A stretch of DNA of 58,072 nt, counting the filler, from Sphacelaria rigidula (taxonomy: Eukaryota): assembly GCA_964200075.2 (NCBI GenBank). It is 3 parts of 3 records of this genome, joined end to end, with 100 filler letters (N's around TTAATTAATTAA, not from the genome) between each part and the next. Parts side by side here need not be neighbours in the genome. Positions count along the whole stretch, not along the records: positions 38,789 to 58,072 come from CAXNAA020000696.1; 2 more parts are not named here. One strand, given 5' to 3'. The number at the start of each line of letters is the position of its first letter. The first letter of the stretch is position 1. Of the stretch, positions 46,956 through 58,072 are shown piece after piece. The notes below the pieces were generated by a model that did no database searches, had not been told where the DNA came from, and worked only from the letters and a program-made list of their open reading frames with translations. A program made the position numbers and the translations under genes.

Positions 46956-47290
46956 CACACGCGGCCATTTGACTACCTCCAAAATTCCTGCAGGTGGGTA
47001 TACTTGTCGAGCCTCCAAAGGAATTAAACCCCTCCGGAGGGATGCGCTGCCCCCCAGAGGAGAGTTTTTGGTTTCCTCCGGAGGGATTAAACACCCCCGG
47101 AGGCTTATTTTTGCCTCGGGAGGGTCGCGCATACCCCGGAACTCCTCCGGAGGGGTGCGCGGCCCTCCAGGTCGGTAGTGTTCGGTTTCCTCATGAGGGA
47201 CTGAAAGCCTCCGGAGACTTGTTTTCCCTCTGGAGGGCCGCGCATCCCTCGGGAGGCATTTTTGGGGGTAGCCAAATGCCCACGTGTGTA
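46956..47290. mobile_element. Family B MITE: ~25-bp TIR with an internal array of CCTCCGGAGG palindromes
   Basis: cacacgcggccatttgactacctccaaaa pairs with ttttgggggtagccaaatgcccacgtgtg(ta); a homologous copy lies at 54052-54410. Confidence 0.75.
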
Positions 47291-47369
47291 TCTCTGTACT
47301 GCTCCTCCTACTCTTGTCCATAACCCAGTGCAACTGAACATGATCCCACTCCAATTTTCTCAACGAAAA

Positions 47370-48020
47370 TGATGCTGATACCACGAGCAAAGAACGGTCG
47401 AGACGCATCACACCCCCGAGTGTCGGAGGATCCGTTGAGACATGTAGAGACGAAATACATTGAACGGAACGGGTCGCAACGCCATAGCACTATGCAGAAT
47501 ACAGCGTGGAGTGCAAATGTACTCCAGGCCCAAGCGGAAGCAGAACGCACCCTAATGTCAAGCGAAATGTCTAATGGGAGTACTTGCGAAAAACGTGGTA
47601 TCAAATCAAGTAAGGACAAGATGTGAGCTTCGCAGAGCTTGACAGCGAAATGACGCCTGTCTGCAGGGAAAGGGATTTGAACGAAAACATGAATAAATGT
47701 ATTGGACTAAACATGACTACTCAGTTTCCACGTGGAAATGATACCGATTTCACAGGTGAAGGCAGGTCATACCTCCAAGTGTGGGAGGGTTCGTGGATAC
47801 GTGGAGACGAAACACATTAAAATGAACGTATCGCAAAGCCGTAGCACCATGCAGAACACAGTGCGTAGAGCGAATATATTCCGAACCCGGGCGGAAACAG
47901 AACGCACCCTCATGTCCAGCGAAAAATACGTACTCTAACATCAATTGAATGTGAAATGGGGGTCTGTCAGTGCTCGACAGAGAAATGACGCCTGTGTGCA
48001 GGGAGGCGGTTTAACGGAAA
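47370..48020 (+). repeat. Diverged tandem duplication, period ~355-360 bp
   Basis: gagacgaaa(t/c)acatt...agcac(t/c)atgcagaa(t/c)acag...gcggaa(g/a)cagaacgcaccct(a/c)atgtc...gaaatgacgcctgt occurs twice. Confidence 0.75.
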
Positions 48021-48738
48021 TGCTGTCTGCTATTAGTTTCACAAGGATTTTGGACGCTTCGCATCACCGCTCAAATCGAGCGATTCCAAGGCAAAGGGTA
48101 ATGGTCTATTGTGGTATTCGGCGCTGAAGATATGATGTGCAATTTAGACAGCTAGAGGGGAAAATGGGCATCTAGAAAAGATAAAATGTACTGTGTAGGC
48201 TGGCGATCGCACGCGCGACTTTGTCGTTAGGATTGCTTTCAGGCCGTGATAAGCACAGAATGCACTCATCGTTATTCCGCTATTTCCTCGTCAACGAGAA
48301 GATCCCACAGAGAATAAAGAACACAATTGCACAGCACTGGCCGTTGTCGATCAAACGTCGCCAACACGCCTCACAGAAGGCACTAATTCTCCACTGCTCC
48401 CGTGCACCACCAAAAATCAACCATTGAGTGCACAGAAGACACCACGGCTCAGGAGGTAGGGGCTCAGGAGGTAGGGGCTCAAACTATCACTGGAGAACTC
48501 ATTCATGAGTGCGCTTACCGTTACATCCTTCACCAGACCACCACGACTAGGAGAAAACCTTTTGTGCATCCTAGGGTCGGGGCGCTTGCAAACTATCCCA
48601 GACATATGTATTCTCAGTGCGTTCTAAGCATGTTTTTTTGGCCTCAATAAGTCGCAGCCTTAACGTGTTTCGGTATCTGTTTTCCCTGAGCACGCGTAGC
48701 TTGTAACACGTCTGGATCCCTCTGGGACCAGTTACTGT

Positions 48739-48892
48739 TGACCCTTTTGGAACTCATCGACGGTTTTTGTTTATGTGAATCGATGTCATTTTCAGTCAGT
48801 TTCAGTCAGTTTCAGTCATTTTCAGACATTTTCAAGTCAAAATGATGCCGATTCATAAAAACAAGAATCGTAAGTGGGTTTCAAAAGGGTCA
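48739..48892. mobile_element. Palindromic MITE related to family A, with an internal (TTTCAGTCA(G/T))n expansion
   Basis: tgacccttttggaactca..tttttgtttatgtgaatcgatgtcattttca ... aaaatgatgccgattcataaaaacaag..tgggtttcaaaagggtca. Confidence 0.7.
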
Positions 48893-49059
48893 GTGTTCGA
48901 CAATCGATAAAATCATGTTGGCATGTCCAGTCGAAGTGTTGGGTGTGGACGTTTGCTCAACGCGAGAGCCAAACGGAATTGTAGAGGTGGGTTACGTTTT
49001 TTCTCAGTTGGTGCAGAGTTGTAGAGTGGTAGAGACACGTGGCGGCGATGTTTTCATTA

Positions 49060-49740
49060 CAGAGTCGTACACTTTCTACAGATCGATGAAGAACATGTTC
49101 AGCGGGATGTGGCTCGCTCACCCCAACTCCTACAGTCGATGTACTCCTGATATCCTGTTGGTGGTAGATTGTTCGCGCCAGAATCTGCGTTATCCTTCTG
49201 GGAGAATCCTGACGTGTCGCAGGACTGCGAGCTTGTGGCTACTATTATATGTTTTGGAGAACATACCAACATGCGCTACGAGGGCGATACCCCTGTACTT
49301 AACTCAGTGCTAGTTTTTGTGCGCAGCGCTTCGATACTGTCGTCCCTGCACTCCTGAGGCACCTCACCAGGTTTTGAAACATAACGATGACACTGCAGGA
49401 GTGATAAGACGTGTACGAAGGCTCCACGACCAATCCGTGCTTGAGAAATTCAGCGGGTAGTCCATCCGGTTCCATCGCCTTGCCGTTAGCCATAGCTCTT
49501 AGTATCTCTTCCGTTGTACCCAGAATCGGCGGGTTTCTGTCCGGCATAGCTTTTGACACTGGTCAGATACTGCCGATGGCTGTAGGATCGAGCCTTGCCG
49601 GGGTTGCATTCGCCAACACGAACGTGAAGAGGTGCCGTTCCCGTCCCTAACAGATTTGATCCTTGTGCCGTGGCAGCTTCCCGCCCTCGTCCTTCATGTA
49701 CTGCTGCTGGCTCTCTGGTTTCCTTCATGCCCATCTCCAT
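49060..49740 (-). pseudogene. Decayed RTE-clade LINE ORF (linker and N-terminal reverse transcriptase region)
   Basis: Minus-strand fragments YMKDEGGKL, RLDPTAI, LRAMANGKAMEPDGLPAEFLKHGL, YRGIALVAHVG, ILPEG*RRF..STT and MFFIDL*KVYDSV match the LINE RT motifs GPDG.P.E, YRGISL, E.Q.GFR and FIDL.KAYDSV, with stops and frameshifts. Confidence 0.85.
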
Positions 49741-51005
49741 CCTCGTTTCAGATGCCCGCACTCAATCAAAGCACTGCATAGATACGAAATATACATTTGT
49801 TTATGTACGACGGGTGCATTTCTTATGTGTTTTAGTATATCCTCTCTTTTTACGCTGCCGACCCCTCTTCATCCCGAAGAAGAAAAAGGACCGGACTTTC
49901 CTCACGGCAGGAATTAAAACACGTTTCTTGTTCCACTCAATAAGCTGACGGTGGTGCTGGATGCTTAGAGGCAGCTACTGGTGTGTGGCTTATGAAAGTC
50001 TGAAGTGGAAGGTAGCAAGTGCCCCAAATCACGTTCTTCTATCTTGAATCTATCGTTCCATTCCATTCAATTTCGATCAAGATGAAAACGGATTGCAAAT
50101 TTCCAAGATCATTCCCCAGTTTGGAATTAATGATGAGAAGAACCGGCGAAGTGCGAGAAATAGGCTGGCTGGTCCGCGGCTTCTGTTTCCAGCACGATAT
50201 CTCTCTGTGTCTTCGCTTCTTCGCCTCCTTCGGGAAAAGCAGCCGAAAATGAATATGTGAGAGCAAAAGCGAACAATAATATGGCACAACAAAGCGAGCA
50301 CAGCGAGAATAAATACGGATATATTTTGGTCCGTGGTGATAACGTGCCAACTTCATTAGCATGTGCGCCATATTCAAACGTTTGCAGCAGTACCTGCAGA
50401 GTCTCGTACTGCAGTAGAGCCCTGAAGCTTCGAAACGTGACGGCAGTACCCCCGCAGTACCAGCTGCTTTTTGTCGCGGGCACTGGTACGACACCGAGCG
50501 AGCAGCAGCAGTATGCGTGGAAGCTTGTTAGAGCATTCTCGCGAAAACGTTCAGGTCGGGCTGCTGATGTTGTTCGTAGGCGCAGGTTTCGTCACTCCGT
50601 CCTCGATTGACACCAGGTCAGGCACAAACAAAGCACGTCGTAACTCAGTTGGCTGTGAACTGCGGCTCGGGTTACAAGATGTTGGGTCGCACACAGTGTA
50701 CATATCTACTGTTATCGATGTTAGCACAAGTGTGAGGTAAAGGGGGTTCTTTGTCGTTGTCCGATACGTTTTCGTGCGACACATGAGGCAGAACGCCCGC
50801 AGAGTGCGAAAAAGCGACCTCGTCACATTTTTGCCGTTCGGCGATTTTGGACGTTCCGATGGTGCGGAGATCTGTCCTAGGGAGGTGAGCCAAACGCACT
50901 GGTCTGCAAGAATGAGGTCATGATCATTGCAGGGTGCCCGAGTACGGAGTCGCTGTTCGTAGACCCACTGTTGATGTTGAAACATCACTGCGTTTCGCAA
51001 AAACG

Positions 51006-54000
51006 ATGGCGTGTTTTGTCTGTCTTTTCTGTGTTGCTGTTATTTTCTCGGTCGCCATCTTCTCGGCCATAACTCAGCACAACGACAATATAAACACGAC
51101 AAGATTACACAGGCAGCCAACCGTGAGGACGTCATCGCCATTGCCGTCATCATTTTCGGTCCCAGTAGCAACGCCAAAACGATGGTTGAGCTCAACAACT
51201 CGCTCCTGTGCACTTCGGGCATGGGGTCTGTTGGGGGTGCTGCTGCTGTCCATGGGGCCTGGCGTGGGCGGTGTACTGGCGTCATCTGACGAAAATTCAT
51301 GGCAAGAGTGTAGAATACAAGCAGGCGATCATTGGTCCCTATCGTCACCGTTCAGCCCCGTCATGCTTATGCAAAAAGAGTACGAGCGACGCTACTCCTG
51401 CCCCGTGGGAAAAGGTAAGTCCTCGTCGAAGCCCGCCGGTCTTCAGGGTATACTGCTGTCCGCGCTGGGTAAACGGGTGTATCGCTTTCTCTTTTGTTTT
51501 GGACGTTATTGAATTCAGCCTGTCAACTTCGTGGGTCGGGCGCGTTGCCTGTGCCAATCGCACGAGGACATGCGAGAGGCGCTAATGCCCATGCAGAGCT
51601 CGCCAAGCGCACAAGGTGATAACCCATGGTGTTTGTGTTTTTGGCGGGTTTCACATCTTGGGGAGGAGATGGAGTCCCACATGTTTTGTCTCGTTTTGCT
51701 TCGTTTCCTCCACCCTGTCGTGCTGTACTTCTCGTGCTTCCCGAATCATAGTACTATCGTGATGGTCGTTTTGGACGTACTGGTGTGAATTGTTTTGATA
51801 CTGAAATAAGAGAGGTGAAGTGTATGTTGGCGTGTATCGGCAAAGTCGGTACCTCGAACGTGTGCGTCATCCATCGGCACGACAGGGTGAAGGAAAATTC
51901 GCCGGGATGAAAAACGAGAAAAAAAACCCGGGCCGCCTGTATGATGAAACAGGTATGTTTTTTCCTGGGTAGTTGGTTCTACGGTTGGGGTGACCAACTG
52001 TTTTGTCAGGCTCTGCAGTTTACGAGCCTCTCGATGACAAACATCCGGGCCTCAGTGTGCAGCCTTCGAGAACTATTGGACGAAAATGTGCACCCCTACC
52101 GTGAAATCACTCTCCTGTGTTTGCATTGTGCTTGGCGAGTACGAGCTCTTCGAAAAAAACTCGGAGGTCGCTGTCGGCTTGATTCAAAGTACTTTGTAAC
52201 TTTCTCCACAAAGCAAAGGACAAAAACGGTGATCCCCAAAAACAAATGAGGCGTTACTAGGATCCAACTCCTTGAAGGCCACATGCCGCAAATCGATCCT
52301 GTAGATGTGCTACTGCAAACATATGAAAAAACAACTGGTATTGTAAAACAGTGTGTCACCGCGCCCCGGTGGTCTACATTGAAATAATACGACTGGATCC
52401 ACTCATTAATGCAGCGGAAGACTGATAGTTCGGATCTTGGCGGGTTACGTTTTCTGTTTTTCACGAGCATCTGATTTCCGTCGTCGGAAACGTGAGGATA
52501 TGGGAAGCTGAGAAATATCATTTGACGAAAGTCGATGTGGTGCAGGAGTGTTGTTCATGATCCAATCTGCGACGCCAAAATGTGAGAGAGTAGAGAGAGA
52601 CGGTTTACTCCCTCGAGACGGCGGACTCGTCCCGAGGAAGGGTAGAGGTTGAAAGCGTGGCAATGTGCACAAGATATATACGTACTTCCCCGACTCCCCG
52701 ATGGGCTGACTGGTCTTGTAGATTTCAACACCGGTTTGGGCGGAAACCGGGTCCAAAAGCTGGCAGATTTGTATTTGTTCTCTGATTAAGTATCTGAGTT
52801 CCTGTCGCTAAAAACGTGAAGATGCGAGTAACAAATAAGTCACTGACGACAACCGACGCAGCGGAGGAGCGCGAATCCAAACTGCGATACCAGAGGGCAC
52901 ACAGTGGGAAAGAAATGGGTCTATTCCTTGGGACTTGAGATTTATCTCGGGGAAGGGGAGGACTTAACGTACGACGGAACAAGAAGTGGCTGAAACATAC
53001 GGTCAGATGCTGGAAGCCACTTCTTACACGGTATGTACTGTATGCTGCCGTCGGGGGTAGTGTTTGCAAGCAGCGAGGAACTGCTGAGCCCTAGCTTCGG
53101 GATATTATTCCGAAAATAGGTCCGGCGCCCAGGAGATCGGCTTCCGAGTAAACTATTTGTTAGGTGTCATCAAGATTTGATATTTATTGATAATACAGTA
53201 CGAGGGGCATTTTCCAACGTTGCCGTACCAAAAAATGGCGTAAGGTGTAGAGTCAACCGTAACCGCATCGCGTGCTTCCCTCTTTCGGTGTGCCCTCTCT
53301 GATCTAGCAGGGGCTCAGTTGGCAGCGAGATACACGTTTGTGTCGGAGTGCACCAAGACAACATTTACCCGCTCCAAGGCAAATGAGGTCAGCGTTTCGT
53401 GGGCGGAAACGTAGAGGGTAGCCTGAGTGTGTGTGTAGTACCGTCCCATCTCGTGCAGACTCGGGTAACCGGTGTTCTGCAATCGAGAATAAACGAGAGA
53501 CGAACCTTTCAGGGTTATATACATTAACAAACTGGGGGCAATGCTCTATTCAGAAATAACGCGGTCTGGTCTAAGTAGAGTAGGGCCTAAGCCCAGCGAA
53601 GTATAGCTATCACCGCGGAAAGTACATGATGGCATTTGGATGCTGTTGGTCATCCTGCTTTGAGAATACTCGGGTAAGCAGCTCATGAACATACATTTTC
53701 CATGAATGAAAAGTAGTACCACCCGTTCTCTCCACCCTGATGGCGACAGTCGGACCATCACACCAGCGGGGCGCGGCGGCACTATGCTATGCCTACGCCA
53801 CTCAACCTTTCCAAAGGTTTTTCTGCTCCTCCGTTTTCCTGAATCAGTATTTCAGTTTTGGTTTTCTCGGTTACTGTACGTCTATTATGCGACCACGGCC
53901 GGACCCATGGGTGGTCAGTTAAAGTGCGACAATCAATCATTCAATCAAAGGTGGATGGCGTGAGAGAAGACTCGGAATGTGATGACGTTTCTGTCTTACC

Positions 54001-56602
54001 TCTTAGGAATAGAAAGAGCTAGGGCACAGAGGGGATTTCCGGCATAATATGTACACACGCGGCCATTTGGCTACCCCCGAAATTCCTCGAGGGCGGTCAA
54101 CTTTTCGAATCTCCAGAAGAAATGAACGCCTCCGGAGGGGTGCGAGGCCCTCCAGAGGAGTATCTTTTTGTTTCCTCCAGAGGGATTCAACGCCTCCGGA
54201 GGCTTGCTTTTTGCCTCTGGAGCGCCGCGCATCCCTCCGGAGGAATTTGCGGGTAGCAGAATGTCTCCGGAGGGATGCGCGGCCCTCCAAGGCGGTAGTG
54301 TTTTGTTCCCTCCGGAGGGATTTAACGCCTCCGGAGACTTGGTATTCGCCTCTGGAGGATCGACCATCCCTCCGGAGATATTTTGGGCGGTAGCGAAATG
54401 GCTGCGTGTGTTCCCGTGGTTGGTTTCAAGTGTACTCGGTTTCTGGCCCAGGAAACGTATCGTCGTGCTGTTTGTTTTCCGTATTTGCACTTTCCGAGCG
54501 ATGCAGTGATCAGCGCTGGGGTTAGTCGGCGAGACGGTTCATTTTACTGATTGGTTGATTGATCGGTTGATTGTCGCCCACCAACGGATGCACCACCAAT
54601 CATAACCCAGCCGTCATCACAACATTGATGTGTCGTATACTGTCTGTGCTCGCGAGCTGTCCATGTGCTGTTGAGAATGTCGCCGTGCCCCTCGACCTTC
54701 AGGAGCACACGATGTCGTGCTTCAGCCTTTGTGTGGCACCACCGTCTGTGACACAACGGTCCGATCGAACGAGCGTTGTGGTGTTGGCTGTCATGGCGTG
54801 GTATTCTGTTCGCTGAAGGGATACATAGCAGTATTGGGCATGTCGTGACCTATCTACATGGACGCTCGTGGGTACTACTACACTGCAACACCAACTAGCC
54901 TAGTTATAGCGCCCGTGAAAATTTGCGTGTGTCATCACTACGCGTGTTTAGCCGTCATTTTTGCGTATCGCCCATGTTTGCTCGTTTGTGCTGTGTACCA
55001 CACAGTGCCTGAGAGGCAGGCGGGTGATATTTCTGGGCGACTCCCTAGGGACGCAGCAAGCGGACTCACTGGTGTCCATGTTGGGCTGGCACGTACACTG
55101 GATGCGAAAAGACGATATCAGGAGCAACAAGGTATGCGTTGGCAGGACACATCGCTGCAGTAGGGTGCGGTGGTGAGGGTATCGTATCGTACGTGCTTCA
55201 GATGCGCTCAGCAGTGAAAACAACATACCGTATGATCGTTGTTCTGCTACAGTACATTTCATCTTGATGGAGAACTTCCTACAAAGTAGATGTAGGGTGC
55301 TGTACGAATGTTGACATCGTATAGCCGGTTATTTCGCACAACATCTGATCCGCTCAAGAACCCAGGCGTGTTTACAAGATAGACATACAGCAAGCAAATA
55401 AACGGCGAAATAACGTAACATGATGTAACGAACGCCGGACACATGCAGTCCTGCAAGTTCAGCTCCGCTGATGGGTGAGGATCACTGTTCTTGCCCTTCG
55501 TTCAGTTGCTATCAGCTCTTCGTGGTTTGCAGTGTAGCCGTGTCCTTGGTCTGTCGTCTTATGCTTCGTGCGCATGTAAACGTTGTGTCTGGCGTTCGAC
55601 AATGAAATGGGGATCAGGTATTCTGCTACATCGTGTTGACAAAACGAGTCATGAAAAGTATTCGCGCTGATAAGGGATCGCGAGCAATACGGCTGCAGTC
55701 ACTGCCACACGTTACCTTTTTCGGTGCAAGTGGTGTCTAAACTCATACCCGACAATCATCGTGCGATACTTACAGACGGTAATGTCCGAGGACAGACGCC
55801 CAGCGGCGCGGCGGCACGCGCGTGAAAAAGCGTCAAAACAATTGTCGAGGTCGTAGATATCATTGGACACTTTTTTATATCGATTGTCCTCTGACTTTTT
55901 CCGGCATTTACATAACGTCGTATCTCTTGACTTTCGATCAGCTCAATGAAGTATCTCATCTCTAAATATAGTTCACAAAGGACACTAGTTTCGAACGCCT
56001 CCCCCCACACACACACACCTCGAAAGGGGTGCGTAATCAACAAGTGAATACGCCCCCGCTCCCCCGCCCCCCCCTCCGGTGCGAGGTCAAATGGTCTCGA
56101 GACTACGACATGCAAGATCATGAGTACACCCCCCTCCCAACGAAGTTGAGACACTCATGAGGCAGTGTGTAATCCATGGGTGTCTCTGAAAGTGGCGATA
56201 CCAGAAAAAAAAGAGAGCAACTCATGGGAGGATGTCATCCATGTGTAAGACAATCAATATGCTTCTGGTCGAACCACCGTAGCAGGATGCAGCCCACCCT
56301 TAATGCAACTCGCCGAACATATCACGGCGCTTCGCGCTTGGTAATTGAGTACGAGCCTGGTCCGACGAAAACCCGGCGTGCTCCGTTCCCGCTGTGTAGG
56401 GATGCGAGATCGACGGTCATATGACTACGGCATGCAAAATCATGAGCACCCCCCCTCCCTACCCCCCCCCCGCCCCCCCCCCCCCCACCCCCCCACCCCA
56501 CCCCCCCCACCCCCACCCCCCCGCCCAACACCAACNNNNNNNNNNCCCCGGGGGTGGGGTGGGGGAACGCGGGTAATATTACCCCCGCATCAAAAAACAA
56601 GA

Positions 56603-56633
<31 letters not shown>

Positions 56634-57471
56634 CACACACGAAGAACGCATCCCAGCCTGGGACCACAAGAATATTTGTTTCGACTCCTCTCTTGTTTTT
56701 GCTCCCCTCGGCATATTTCCCCCGCCGTTGGGAAAAGAACGTGCGGCCTCAGGGCTGGAAATGTGATGACACACTGTAGCACCCGCCTTGCAGTATTGTC
56801 ACATGGTGGTTGCAAAACCCCCACTCGCCCTGAAGTGTTGTGTGGGATCGCCTTCTTGCTCTTTAATCTCAAGCAGCACGTTATGTGTAGAACGGGCAAC
56901 ATGCTCGGATCCTTCGCATCTATGTATCGGTAAAGCCCAACAAGTGCTAGCTCGCGACCACTCAAGGAAGCCTGTCTCTGACCGTTTTCGCCCTCTTGCT
57001 CGTTGACCGTTAGCGTGGGTCATATGCTGAATCGGTAACACTTCAACTCGAAAAAATGAACGAAGGGCCAAGAGACCTGTCCCTGGAGGTCAAAAGGTGA
57101 ACCCTCTACAACCCCTTGACTGACTGACTGACTGGATATGAAGAGTCTGACATTCCTTTTTCAAGGAAATGGGTTTCCGATTCACCAGATCGTGGCCAAA
57201 CGTGGTCGACGAATGGGTTAACCGTGGCGCATCTCTACTGCTTTTTTTGTACCCTTCTCTTCTTTGAAGGGGTACGTTGTTCTATCGATTATCTATTTCC
57301 GCGTGTGTACGATGTTCCGCTCGACCACTAAACTGTTTAGTTGTCTGTGCAATTCGTGTCTTTCATGCTTTTCTTTTTCTTGTCCATTGTCCAGTTTATG
57401 CTTGACGACGACGGCAGAAAAGTGCCAACTGTGATGGAGTGCTATCGGCAAAAGAAGGACCCCTTGCCTAG
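51006..57471 (+). CDS. 5' part of a TBL/PC-esterase-like (SGNH/GDS) O-acyltransferase or esterase with an N-terminal hydrophobic anchor; continues right of the window
   Basis: Exons are ~51006-51414 (start uncertain; G|gtaagt), 53311-53387 (ctagcag|...GAG|gtcagc), 55006-55131 (cacag|...AAG|gtatgc) and 57395-57471 (tgtccag|...AG|gtatga), and the phases join. Protein: ...YSCPVGK-GAQLAARYTFVSECTKTTFTRSKANE-CLRGRRVIFLGDSLGTQQADSLVSML..., matching the TBL signature LRGKR..FVGDSL.RNQ..SL.C.L. Confidence 0.75.
54052..54410. mobile_element. Family B MITE, intronic
   Basis: tacacacgcggccatttggctacccccgaaat pairs with attttgggcggtagcgaaatggctgcgtgtg; about a dozen CCTCCGGAGG-like palindromes lie inside. 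Confidence 0.75.
56998..57222. mobile_element. Two adjacent degenerate family A units in opposite orientation
   Basis: gttgaccgttagcgtgggtcatatgctgaatcggtaacacttcaactcgaaaaaa...ggtcaaaaggtgaa, then ccccttgac...ttttcaaggaaatgggtttccgattcaccagat...gggttaac. Confidence 0.55.
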
Positions 57472-58072
57472 GTATGATTGAGCTAAATAATGGATTATTC
57501 GGCGAAACGTCAGGGCCTGGCTTGAGAGATATTGTACAACATGTTCCAAGTGTATCGCATCATAAATTGTATATTCTGTTGCACACCAAAATGATCAACT
57601 CATCCTGCATAACATATATGTATGTTCAAAACAAGAGCTAATCTAACTACCGCATGAAATCACAGTAGTGTAACAGAAGTGCCAGGTAAGCTGCAAGTAC
57701 TACGTCTAGCTCTATTAATAGCACTGCACTCCTCACACTACTGCAGAATAACCACGATGATTCCACTGTATTCTACGATTCACATTGGAGCCATGCTACG
57801 AAAGGGTGGGGGTGTTTGATTCCACGAAAACGTGGGCTCATAAATGCTTCAGACGACCGAACACACTCGCGGTGCACCTGTATTTGGGTAAAAGCGGTGT
57901 CAAGTAGTTTGAACGAACGTTATTTATCGGAAGCAAGCGCGTTTGAACGACCGTTGCTATTATTAACGATTTCAAGTATCATTTCGTGGAAGAAAACGAC
58001 CCAAAATACCCCCCCCCCTCCCATCACATAATGAGCGCCAGACTGTTGGAGATGTCTCTATTAGGAGTAGGA

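Noticed and set aside
53750-53816. Possible extra exon of the TBL-like gene
   Set aside because: Phases are incompatible with the neighbouring exons and the donor is weak; 53387 joins 55006 directly with a family-like sequence.
54003-54509. Overlapping ORFs with PPEG/SGG repeats (also 46843-47411)
   Set aside because: A by-product of the CCTCCGGAGG palindromes in a non-coding element.

Overview
Eukaryotic, intron-rich genomic DNA with GT-AG introns of 0.3-4 kb. A brown alga (Phaeophyceae) is inferred from splice-site style, NB-ARC motif style and LINE type. Two N-gaps with a TTAATTAATTAA linker (~19.3 kb, ~38.7 kb) split the window into three blocks whose adjacency is not assured. I reconstructed four spliced genes by hand from frame-compatible splice junctions. 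(1) The 5' part of a minus-strand gene with an N-terminal harmonin-homology/PAH-like helical domain and an Asn/Ser-rich tail. (2) A complete 7-exon, 359-aa multi-pass membrane protein resembling THH1/TOM1/TOM3/GPR137. (3) A complete 3-exon, ~1018-aa NLR-like protein: MLKL/RPW8-like N-terminal four-helix domain, NB-ARC, and degenerate TPRs, with MHD changed to MHA. (4) The 5' part of a plus-strand TBL/PC-esterase-like (GDS motif) gene. The rest is dominated by short palindromic non-autonomous elements: a ~105-bp TTAA-bounded hairpin family that forms concatemers, a family built from CCTCCGGAGG palindromes, several foldbacks, a 90-nt pre-miRNA-like hairpin and decayed LINEs. No rRNA, intact tRNA or CRISPR array was seen. 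All family calls are by-eye motif recognition; no searches were run.
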